This document shows positions 18,921-29,786 of a stretch of DNA of 64,000 nt, piece after piece. Below the pieces are notes generated by a model. The model ran no database searches, was not told the DNA's origin, and saw only the letters and a program-made list of their open reading frames with translations. Within the stretch, counting starts at the first letter, position 1, and every line of letters begins with the position of its first letter. A program made the translations under genes and the position numbers. The stretch comes from the human T2T-CHM13v2.0 reference genome, Homo sapiens. The DNA lies in the NCBI RefSeq assembly GCF_009914755.1, contig NC_060929.1; one strand, 5' to 3'.

Positions 18921-19525
18921 TTGGTATTAAAAATAACCTGATAAATATGCCAAGGAGCTCTGAGAAGCTATAAAGCATATAGTGGGGTGTCTAGAATTGC
19001 TAAGCATGGCTTGAAAATATGCATGTCACATTAAAATCCATGAGTAACTTACTGTTACTTCAGCATGTCTAAGAAATAAAAATATAATTATTAGTTCTCC
19101 TTGAAAAAGCATTTACAGATTACTATTATTTGAAATAAGCCTCTAGCTGAAAAGATTGTCATTTTTATTATTACAGATAGAACGACTACTTTAGAGATTT
19201 GCAAAAGTATTATCAATATTCAAAGTCATCTGTTTATAATTCATTTAGTTAAGCTTTTACCTCTGAAAAGTCAATAAAAGGACTTTCTCTTCTTTAGTGT
19301 CTTAGTACTCTTTCTTTCTTAATACCTATTTATTGTTCTTTAGTTTGAATGCAAAGTTTAATGATCCATACATTTTAGGCATTTAATTTAATAAAAAAAG
19401 AAACGTAAGATCTTAAAAAATGACTAATGACATCTTAAAAATACTCTTAATAAACTAGATTGCCTCATGATGCCATATAACAAATATTAATGCCTCAACA
19501 GACACTTCATCCACCAATTCACTTG

Positions 19526-19778
19526 AAACACCGCATATTCTCACTCATAGGTGGGGATTGAACAATGAGATCACATGGACACAGGAAGGGGAATATCACA
19601 CTCTGGGGACTGTTGTGGGGTGGGGGGAGGGGGGAGGGATAGCATCGGGAGATATACCTAATGCTAGATGACGAGTTAGTGGGTGCAGTGCACCAGCATG
19701 GCACATGTATACATATGTAACTAACCTGCACAATGTGCACATGTACCCTAAAACTTAAAGTATAATAATAAAAAAAAA
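19526..19778 (+). mobile_element. L1PA2-like 5'-truncated 3' end with G-rich tract
   Basis: aacaccgcatattctcactcataggtggg..ggggtggggggaggggggaggg..gatgacgagttagtggg (GAG, not the Ta-subfamily ACA)..aaaacttaaagtataataataaaa. Confidence 0.92.
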
Positions 19779-21049
19779 TTCATATTAACTGGCTACTCCA
19801 GGAGAGAAATGCATGTATCCAAAAGTGTCTTTTTGTGAAGAAGTGATGGTACTAAAGGTGGAGAAGTGAAGAATCTAGGGAGAAGATTGTCTTTCATGGT
19901 TTTTCAAGTGTACTATGATGATATTTGGATTATCCTGATGCATATGTAACATGAAACACTGTCTCATTTGTAGATTGATTTATTTCACTAATAGTAGTAG
20001 TAGTAGTAACAATTTTCATAGTTTGAAAGGCCTTTGCATGAAAATGAGAAGTATCATAAGTACAACTTTCAACTATCAACCTTGAAAAACTCCATGGTTC
20101 TTCAAATTCATGCATTTGAAGAACCCACTTAGAAGATAAGGGGGAAGAAAAGGAATAGAACCCTTTATACATGGTTTTAAGTTGGTCTCATAACATAGAC
20201 TTTCTTAACAAGCAAAACATTAGTCAAAATATTACAGGAATTTGTCAAAGTTATAGATTAAAATCTTTATATTTTCATGGTATACCCATTTCCATCATGT
20301 TTTCAAGATGCAACCTCATCTGTGATGGAAGAAACTTTACATTTTTACAACTACACTTTAATAATTGTATTTTTAATTAGCTGTCTGGTTCTTTACATCA
20401 TTTCATTGATATTAATAACTAAATTACCCATACAAGTATCATAGATGCCCAATAAATAGATATAATAGATATAGGCATACTTGTATGACTATTTGTACAG
20501 TATAAAAATGCTTTATCAGAATTATTATAAATAATTCAGTTCTTTCTCTCTACTTTGTAGCTTTTTGGAAATACGTAAGCTGATAAACTTAATTAAAAGT
20601 CACATAACTAAGTAAAGGGGTTCCTAACTTACCAAATTCTAAGCTTTTTAGCATGGAACTAAGTCAAACATCCATATTTTCATGCCTATGAGAGGTAGAA
20701 TGAGAAAAAATGTGGCTAGAGAAAATATTCATTAGTAAAGTTGCAAAGCAGGTAAATTTTATACATTAACACCTTATATCTTTAGTTCATTAAATTTTAA
20801 AAATTTAAAGTGAGATTTCTTTTTTTGCATTAAATAAAGCAACAAGAAAACTTTGTTACTACCTTAAAAACATAAGAAGAAGCCTAATTATCAACAAAAG
20901 AGTAAGATCATAAGAATACACGGTAAAAAAAAAAATCCAACAGATGACAAGTATTTCCAAGGAGAGATGCAATTCATAAAACATTTTACCTAAGACATAA
21001 TAATGGGAAATAGATTTTGATAATATAAAATTAATTTGGACAAAACAGG

Positions 21050-23610
21050 CTAAATTTTAATGGGCTACTGATCTATTGTGGGAGTAGCATGAGAGTTTAG
21101 GATCCCTGAAAGCTCCAGACAAAAGAGAAGATTTCTATCTGGTTGTTATCCCTTTTCCCAGATCAAGTGTTTATGAGTAGGATTGAAAACAGGATAGAAA
21201 TATCAACTATAAGCATGCATGACTTGCCAGTATTTGAGGGTGAAGAAGGAAAATCTAACACAGCTTGCCTGTTTACCAAAACCAACATTACTACAAGGCA
21301 GTAGTTGGCTCCCCATAGTGGTGGGCCTGAAAACCGGCCCCATACTCTGGTCCTGGATGCGATGAGAGGCAGAAGTTCTCTGCTACTGGAGGGGAAAATG
21401 GAACCTCATCTGCTCCAGATGCTTCATTTCCATAAGAAAGAATTTATACGTCACTGGGAGAGAGACAAAAATGATCAGTATCCTCAACTGTGCAAACTAA
21501 TGAAAGGCCAAGGTTGGCTACCACTGGGAAAGAGATAGAAAACCTGCCTGCCCGAGACTCTGCATTGACCCAAGGTGAAAGCTCTCTGCTGCTATGGAAA
21601 GTACAGAAAATATACCCACTATAGATTCTTTGAATCTATGGTATTCAGTTGTCTGTTATTAAAGACTGAAAGGAAATCACACTCATTTCTGACATTGCAC
21701 TGAAATGAGGCAAAGACCTGGCACCCTGGGGCAGTGGTAGGAACACTCTTTGTTCTCAGGACCTTGAACTGAATGGGAAGAAGAAGTTGTTTGCCATGAA
21801 AGAGTAGGAGTGCTGAGAGAGGCTAAGGCTTGGCTCAAAGAAACAGGATCTGCACCTGGCTGACTTGGAAGCAGGGAAACTGAAAACCTTTCTTCTCAAT
21901 GTTAGTCTTACGTTGAGGAAGCAGAAATGCCCTACTGCTGAGAGAGGAGCAAAAGCTCAGAAAGAACTCCTTTTTAGCAAAGTCTTCCTAGGCCTGCTAA
22001 AAACCGAAGGCCAGACGGGAAAACACAGAAAGAAATCCTCCAGCATTCCACACCCCATACTAAGCTAAGACAGCTGCAGTCGATCACGAGAGGATTATCA
22101 AATCTATGGTGTACTGAATATATAAATAGGATTGAAAACAGAGTAGAAATAGCAATTGCAAGGATGCATGACTTGCCAATATTTGAGGATAAAGAAGGAA
22201 AACCTAACACAACTTGCCTACTTACCAAACCCAACATTACTACAAGGCAGTAGTAGTTGGCTGACCATAGTGGAGGGCAGGAAAACCAGCCCCATACTCT
22301 AGTCCTGGATGTGATGAGAGACAGAAGTAATTGCAAAGCCTAAACCACGTTCAACCACAAATTAGAATGACTCAACACCTCCACAGTAACAGAAGCAATG
22401 TACCTATATCTGGGCATAAATTGTATTTACCTCAGGTTTTATCTACCTTTACACACAAAGTATATAAGACACATTAAAAAACGAGGATACATGACCCATC
22501 ATGAAGGGATAAACAATAGAACCAAGCTAGAAGTTAGAATTATCAGGAACCCAAAAAATAATCAGAGATGAAATTACATACGCTATATCAATAAGAGTAG
22601 AAAGGTGAGCAACATGCATGAATTGTTAGGGGATTTTAGAAAATATAAAAATAAACACTGTGAGAGGAGCCCAATAAAGAGAACATAAATTGAGAGAGAG
22701 AGAGAGAGTGTGTAAAATAGATGAGGAATCACTAAGATCAGCTTACAGCCAGAATAGATACAGCAGTGGAAAGAATTAGTAAACTTGAAGAATCAGTGAA
22801 CTGTATCTATGGCCAAAATAGTTACAGCAGTGGAAATAATTAGTGAACTTGAAGTAGTTAACTTGAAGAATTAGTCAACTTGTACTATTAAGTATCTTAC
22901 CTGGAGCACAAGAGTGGAAATAAATGAAATGGATTATTTTAAATTCATGGAACTATATTAAAACATTCAAATATACAAGTATTGGGACCCAGGAAGAGAG
23001 GAAAGAAACAGAAAATGGGTCACAATAAATATTTGAAGAGATAAGGGTCAAAATGTTTACAAATATTTGAAAATGAACAAGCAAATAGATATAAATTCAA
23101 AAAAATTTGGAGTACTTGAAGTGTGATAAAAAAAAAAAAAAAACACAGCCAGGTATAGCATAATCAAACCAATGAAAACTAAAAAAAAGAAAAATTTGAA
23201 GCCAGCTAGAGAAAATTAAGATATGATATAGATTGATGGTAAGAATAATTGCTGAATTCTCACAGAAACAATGGAAACCAGAAGAAAATAAAATTGTCTT
23301 TAGAAACCTAAAGAAAAAGTCAAACAAGAAATATATTTTCTGTGTAAATATATTTCAAAAATAAGAATAAAAATTTTATGTCGATCTATATAAAAAGATA
23401 CAAAATATAGATATGACAAAAAAAATCTGAAATCATCTCTAACAAAATTGTATTATACTACAGTCTTGTAGTAAATGCTAAAGTAAAGCAAATGCTAAAG
23501 AAAGTTTTATATTTTTAAACAGAAAAATAAAAGTAGAATATATTATTTACTAAATACAAAGAACTTCTAAAAATTTCTGTGTTTAATGCAAACATATCAC
23601 TACATGTTCT
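21050..23610 (+). mobile_element. Ancient L1M 5' UTR and degenerate ORF1 (continues after the nested inserts at ~25735)
   Basis: caaagcctaaaccacgttcaac..gactcaac..gggcataaattgtatttacctcag is an old-L1 5' motif; ORF1 features gaaagaattagtaaacttgaaga, atatttgaagagataagg, ttctcacagaaacaatggaaaccagaaga. Confidence 0.7.
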
Positions 23611-23624
23611 AAATTGAAAACAAA

Positions 23625-24690
23625 CGGGCTGGTTTCAGGACAGTAGTGCTCCATGTCTAAGGGATCCTGTGAATTGGCCTTGGATCAATGCCAAGCCTAT
23701 TGAAAGCTGTGGCAGGGCTCCACGGCCCCTGAAGAAATTAATGAGACCCTGATGTCCAGCGTGAGGCAAACAAGAATGAAAGAAGTAGATACTTTTGAAA
23801 GAATCAAAAAAGAATGGGCTTGGAAAACAGGATCTGACAGCCAACCTATAAGTGATAATCAAAAATGAATTGTGAATATTTTATAAATGGCCTTTAGAGG
23901 AAGCTCAGAAGATGGGTGCTAGCTGCTTGTCACTCACATAACATGATTGGTAAATGTCAGTATAAAATTATGAGAAGACGAATTATCAATCACTAATGAC
24001 TTCAGACATTATTCTGATGTTGCAAGTTAGAAATTTCTGAAATCTATTATAAAAGAGATTTACTTTTTAAAACTACGGGAGAATTTTTGATAAAGAGAAT
24101 GTGGATGCTAAAGTTGAAGATAAAAAAAATAATGAAGTGTGTTTGTCTATGAAGCCTGTATTCCAGTCCTTCTTAGGAAGAAATCACAGACTGGGAAGTG
24201 CCACGTGGAAAATATCTTTAAAGCAAAGAGTAGTGAAGATGAGAATAAAAATGATCTGTCTGTTGTCCCACTAAGCAATCTGGAACCCATCACTGCATTA
24301 CAGATCTGGCTAGCCAACTGGAAAGGGATCATCCAGAAAGCAAATACTTCTCACAGGCACTTATAGGTATACATTTCTCTAAGCATTGCTTGGGCTGCAT
24401 CCCGCAAGTTTTGGGTAAAGAACATCAAAAACTTCATTGGAAATTGCCAAGGGTCTCAAAAAACTCTTCCTTTTCCCTGGCACCAGGTCTTATTTTACTC
24501 GAATTGCAAGAGGAAATATTCACACTGGAAGAAGCAGGTTTACACAATACTGTGATCAGAGACTCTAAAGACACAAATATTTTACATAACTCCCATAGCA
24601 TTCATTTTAACAAAAGAAGTGAAAAAATTGTAGAGTAAAATGCTTATAAGTAGGTATGCACATCAAAATAGAGTAATAAAATCTCAATTT
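23625..24690 (+). pseudogene. UBXN2A (pseudogene): Processed pseudogene of UBXN2A (SEP + UBX p97/VCP cofactor); disrupted CDS ~23776-24600
   Basis: Joining frames across frameshifts and stops gives MKEVDTFERIKKEWAWKTGSDSQPISDNQK/NCEYFING/EEAQKM/VNVSIKL*EDELSITNDFRHYSDVAS*KFLKSI/IFDKENVDAKVEDKKNNEVCLSMKPVFQSFLG/HRLGSAT/KAKSSEDENKNDLSVVPLSNLEPITALQIWLANWKGIIQKANTSHR/VKNIKNFIGNCQGSQK/SFSLAP..EEIFTLEEAGLHNTVI. This is colinear with UBXN2A as I recall it ([105 protein letters not shown]). No introns; aataaa at ~24675. Confidence 0.9.
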
Positions 24691-24904
24691 CACTAGATAT
24701 TGGTTCAAGTCTTATTTTACTTTCTCCTTATTGGAGAATTTAAAAAAATTAATACAAATTACAAAAGTAAAATATAACTGGAGATGTATTTCTGAAACTC
24801 AATTTACTTATTTCCAAAAGGCTGCTCAGTGAGAAAAAATATATATTTTCAAATACCAATTAGTCAATATAAGTCATGTTATAAAAACTCTATAACTATG
24901 CTTT

Positions 24905-25110
24905 TTGTTCCTTTGCATTTGCTGAGGAGTGTTTTAATTCCAATTATGTGGTCAATTTTAGAATAATGTGATATGGTGCTGAGAAGAATGTATATTCTGT
25001 TGATTTGGGGTGGAGAGTTCTGTAGATGTCTGTTAGGTCTGCTTGGTCCAGAGCTGAGTTCAAGTCCTGGATATCCTTGTTAATTTTCTGTCTTGTTGAT
25101 CTGTCTAATA
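24905..25110 (-). mobile_element. Internal L1PA ORF2 (endonuclease region) fragment
   Basis: ORF track: DRSTRQKINKDIQDLNSALDQADLTDIYRTLHPKSTEYTFFSAP. Confidence 0.92.
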
Positions 25111-25429
25111 TCAATTTAGATATGGTGCAAATTAGCATCATTCATTGAAAAAAGTATCCATTGCCTTCCCAGACACTAGTGATTTATTTAAAAGTCAGCT
25201 GTCTCATGTTTAAAAGATGGCAATAAATTTTAAAAATTCGACATTGCAAGTTAGGCTAAAACATAATTATGTTTTTACCTGAGATACAAGTAAAAGTCTG
25301 CAAGGGAATCTTTTCCCCATATCTATGTCTTAATGTCACAATGTACTCAATTTTGTTCTGCAAGGTCAAGATATACTCAAATATTTATCTGACAGCTGCA
25401 TCTAAGAGGTATTTTTATTTAAGAATAAC

Positions 25430-25730
25430 ATTTTGTAGCTTATTAGAAGTCTAAGATCAAGACGTTGGCAGGTTTAACTTCTGAGGATTTTCTCCTTGGC
25501 CTGCAAGACGGTTGTCTTCTGAGTGCCCTCACGTGGTCATTTCTCTGGAAGTGAACATTCTAGGTGTTTCTTCACCTTCTTATAAGGACACAATCACATT
25601 GAATTAAGGACCCATTCTTATAGCTTCATTTGACCTAATTATCTCTTTAATGGCCTTATCATTTGCAAATACAGTCACATTTAGGCTAGCATTTCAGCAT
25701 ATAAATTGTGTGTTTGGGGGCAGTTCATAA
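25430..25730 (-). mobile_element. MLT1A/B-like LTR fragment
   Basis: agaagtctaagatcaag..tctccttggcctgcaagacgg..cttcttataaggacac..caaatacagtcacatt. Confidence 0.8.
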
Positions 25731-25734
25731 TAAG

Positions 25735-28700
25735 AGGTTTTATAGCATATGTGGAAGTAAAAATATTCCAAAGGAAAAAAAGAAGAAATTGGAAGGTATT
25801 TCTCTGGAAGCAAATAATAACAGAACACTTAAATTTTTGTGGAACAGCACACTATTTTACACACAGAATATTCAAAGGTAAACAACAATATTACCTAACC
25901 TAAAGGAAACACAAAGCACAAATACACAAATACACGTGCATGAAACACAAATACAAAGACATGAGGAGATAAAATAAAATAAAAATTTTTGGATTCATCT
26001 AAAGTAATAAGGGGGAGAATAGTAGATGTACAAACATGACACAAGTCAAAATTAAATAGTAATATATTAGACTTGAAGTCATGCATATCAATAATTTGTA
26101 TTACATGTAGCTAAACTAAACACTCATTAAAAAGCAGACATTTTCAGTCTGGATAGAAAAGCAATATGTAATCATATGTCATTTACATGAAAACTGTAAA
26201 TATAAAGATACAAAGAGGTTGAAAGTAATATGATGAACATGTATTTATCATGCCAACACTAACCTGTTGTTAAGGAAAGCTGTTGTTGCTATCCTTAAAT
26301 AGAAAAAGTTTTATTCAAGGATATAAGAAGGGGCATTTCATAAAGTTAAAGGGGTTGGTTAATCAATAATCCATAATACTAAATGTGGATTCATCTTAGA
26401 GCAAAGCTCCTAAGTACATGATGGAAAGAAAAAACACTAGAAAAAGGATAGGTGAACTGGCAATAAGAGGAACACAGAAAATAAAAATACAATATAAATC
26501 AATTAAATAAAAGACAAACAGAAAGAAAATAAAAGAATCAATAAAGTGAAAAGTTTTTTTCAAAAATATTAAAATTTTATGAACTGCTAATTGAATGCTG
26601 AAGAAAACAGAAGAAAATACAAATTAGTGATATCAGAAATGAAGAGGGGTCTCCACTACACATCTCACAAATGTTAACATGATAACTAGTGGATATTTTT
26701 AGAACTCAATACCAATAAATTTGAAAAACAAAACGGAATGCAAGAATGACTTAAAAGATGCATAAAACCAATATCCTTCCAATAAGAATGAACAATCTAA
26801 ATATTCCTATATCTACTTCAAATTTAATTCATAAAGAACTTTCCACAAAATAATCAGTTCTAGAATGCTTTAGTAATGATTGTAGTCAAATACTTAAGAG
26901 AGAAAGAATATCAACATTAAATAAGCTTTTTCAGAAAATAGAGGGGCAAGGGCTTCTCAATTCATCGTATGAGACAAATACAAGCCTAATAGCAAAATCA
27001 GACGCTGATATTACCCGTCCTAAAAATGAAAATTATGAAATAGTATTTCTTATGAAAACAGATGCAAAAGTCATTAAAATATTAGCAAATCAAATCTATC
27101 AATATGGGAAAATAAAAACACATTAACATACGATGGTTTTACCAGGGACATAAGAATAATGTATCATTCAAAAATGACTATTTTTATAACATTGATATAT
27201 TGAGATCTTATTTGATAATTTCAACAGAGTCAGGAGATGCATTTGTCAAAGTATAATATCCATTTACTATTAAATATATTAGCAAAGTATAAATAGAAGG
27301 AGACTTCCTCAACCTGATAAAGCACATCTATGAAAAGTCCACAGATCACATCATACTTAAAAATAAAATACTTAATGCTTCTTCCACTTGGATCAAAACA
27401 AGATGAGAATACTATTCACATCACTTTTATTCAATTTTATACTAGGTGCATTAGTCAGTTCAATAAGATAAGAAAATTAAAGGAATAGTGACTAAAAAGA
27501 AAGAAGTAAAACTCCTTCAATTCTGAGAAGGGAAGATTGCATGCATGAGAAAATGAAGGAACTTACAAGAGTGGTATAACATACAATAAACAAATTTAGA
27601 ATATTTCAAGATAAAGCCAAATTCAAAAGTAAAAATTAAAAACTGAAATTTAAAATTACTAATTAAAATAGTATCAAAAATCATTATATATGGAAGTATA
27701 AAATTAATTTAAAAGTTAAATACTTTTTACAGTCCAAGCTATAAATTATTGATGACAAAAACCGCAGATTTGCTGTAGACAATGGTTTTGTCTCCCCATA
27801 TTTCTTATATTGAAATCTTGACATCCAATGTGATAATATTAGGAGGCTGGGTCTTTGGTGCTTAATCAGGTCATGAGGATGGAGCCCTTTGCTACTTCTG
27901 CTGTGTGAAGACACAGCAAGAAGTCAGCAGTCTGCAACCTGGAAGAGGGACCTCGCCAGAACGCGACCATGCTGGCTTCCTGGTCTCAGACTTATAGCTT
28001 CCAGAGCTGTGAAAAATAAATGTCTGTTGTACATAAGCCCCTCAGTCTATGGCACTTCATTATAGCAGCCAGGATAGAATAAGCCAAGATTTAAATAAAT
28101 GTAGAACTATACCACATCTATGGATTAAAAGATTTAATGTTACTAATATATCAATTCTGAAATTGATCTATGAATTCAGTGAAATCTCAATCAAAATTTT
28201 AGCAAACTTTTGTGTATTAATTGACAAAATTAATTTTAAAATTTATTTGTAAAGGTAGAAATTAATAAAATCAAAATAATCTTGAAAAAAATCCACTTGA
28301 AAAATGTTACTTTATGATAAAATTCAATCATCATGAAAGTACGGTATTGTCTTAGTAAAGCATAACAGAGAATTGAGTAACAGATGTAATTGAACAAGTT
28401 TTAAGAAAGCCTGCAAGGAAATTTGATAAAGAAATAAAAACATCTTCATTAAATTGTGCTGGAAAAAGTAGATATTTGTGTTGAGAAGATGAGAAGAGTG
28501 AACAAAAGAAACATAATGACTATCTCACAAAATACACAAGCATTAATTTGAAATGAATCAGAGACCTAAATTTAAAACTAAAATAATAAATGTGTCAGAC
28601 AAAAAGATAGGGTAACGTATTTCAATCTGTAATAGGCAAAGACTTCTTTGTGCATATGCAGAAAGCATGAATCATAAATAAAAAACTGATACATTGGAAT

Positions 28701-29300
28701 GCTAAAAATGGAAAATGTTTACCTAAAAAGGAAAAGAAACGGGAAAAAAAATATGCAATCCAAAGTCTGGAGAATATTTTCAACACAAACATCTGACAAA
28801 GGACTCTATTTGGAATATATATATATATATATATACTCTTAAATTCAGTAATATAAGATCAACATTTATATAAAAGAAAAAATATTATAAGGCATGGACA
28901 GAATTCATTAAAGAAGATAATCAAATATATAATAAAGTACATGGAACAATGGTCAACAGTGCTACTTACAAGAGAAATATGAATTAAAACTACAATAAAA
29001 TATTATCCCACATCCATTAGAATCAGTAAATAAAAATAAGTGTATCAAATTTTGGACAGCAGGTGAAACAGCTTGAATTGTTATACATTGCTGGTTTAAA
29101 ATGGCACAGCCACTTTTGATAATGACAGTAATTTCAGAGAGTTAAACATATGTTATCTTCTGAAATGGTGATACTATGAGTATATATTCAAAATAGAGAA
29201 AATATATGTCCACAAAAGACCTGTATAACCCTTGTTCATAGCTTATCAATAATAGCCCTAAAATAGAAACAACTCACCAAGTTGGTATCCACAAAAGAAG
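25735..29300 (+). mobile_element. Continuation of the ancient L1M (degenerate ORF2)
   Basis: aatataaagatacaaagaggttgaaagtaa; gatgcaaaagtcattaaaatattagcaaatcaaatct; agaaggagacttcctcaacctgataaag; atatgtccacaaaagacctgta. Confidence 0.8.
27771..28086 (+). mobile_element. MLT1A-like solo LTR
   Basis: tg..ca termini; gtcatgaggatggagccc; ctgcaacctggaagaggg; 5-bp TSD agatt. Confidence 0.85.
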
Positions 29301-29301
29301 C

Positions 29302-29694
29302 TGCGATGGTTAATATTGAGTGTCAACTTGATTGGATTGAGGGATACAAAGTATTAATCTTGGATATGTCTGTGTGGGTGCCATCAAAAGAGATTAACAT
29401 TTGAGTCAATGAACTGGAGAAGGCAGATCCACCTTTAACCCAGTGGGCACAATCTAATCAGCTGGCAGCAAATATAAAGCAGGCAGCAAAACGCAAAGAG
29501 ATGAGATGAACCTAGCCTCTCAGCCTACATCTTTCTCCTGTGCTGAATGCTTCCTGCTCTTGAACATTGGACTCCAAGTTCTTCAGTTTTGGGACTTAAA
29601 CTGGCTCTCCTTGCTCCTCAGCTTGCAGATAGCCTAGTTTGGGATGTTGCGATCATGTAAGTTAATAGTTAATAAACTCCCATTTATATACATT

Positions 29695-29750
<56 letters not shown>

Positions 29751-29786
29751 TAGTTCTGTCCCTCTAAGGGAACCCTGACTAATACA
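29302..29786 (+). mobile_element. MLT2A1-like 5' LTR of HERV-L, with an internal (CA)n microsatellite at ~29697-29748
   Basis: tgcgatggttaatattgagtgtcaacttgattggattga..gaaccctgactaataca; followed by the ERVL PBS-like ttggtactgggagtggttc. Confidence 0.92.

Noticed and set aside
19526-19778. Possible L1HS-Ta insertion
   Set aside because: It has GAG rather than ACA and aaag rather than agag at the 3' diagnostic sites, so it is L1PA2-like.
22745-22885. Local repeats (tagtgaacttgaag) resembling an array
   Set aside because: Slippage duplications within degenerate L1 ORF1; no repeat-spacer organisation, so not CRISPR-like.
24400-24460. FWVKNIKNFIGNCQGSQ as an integrase zinc-binding-like motif (domesticated Gypsy gene)
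   Set aside because: Explained by the UBXN2A [15 protein letters not shown] segment fused to the L1-derived insert.
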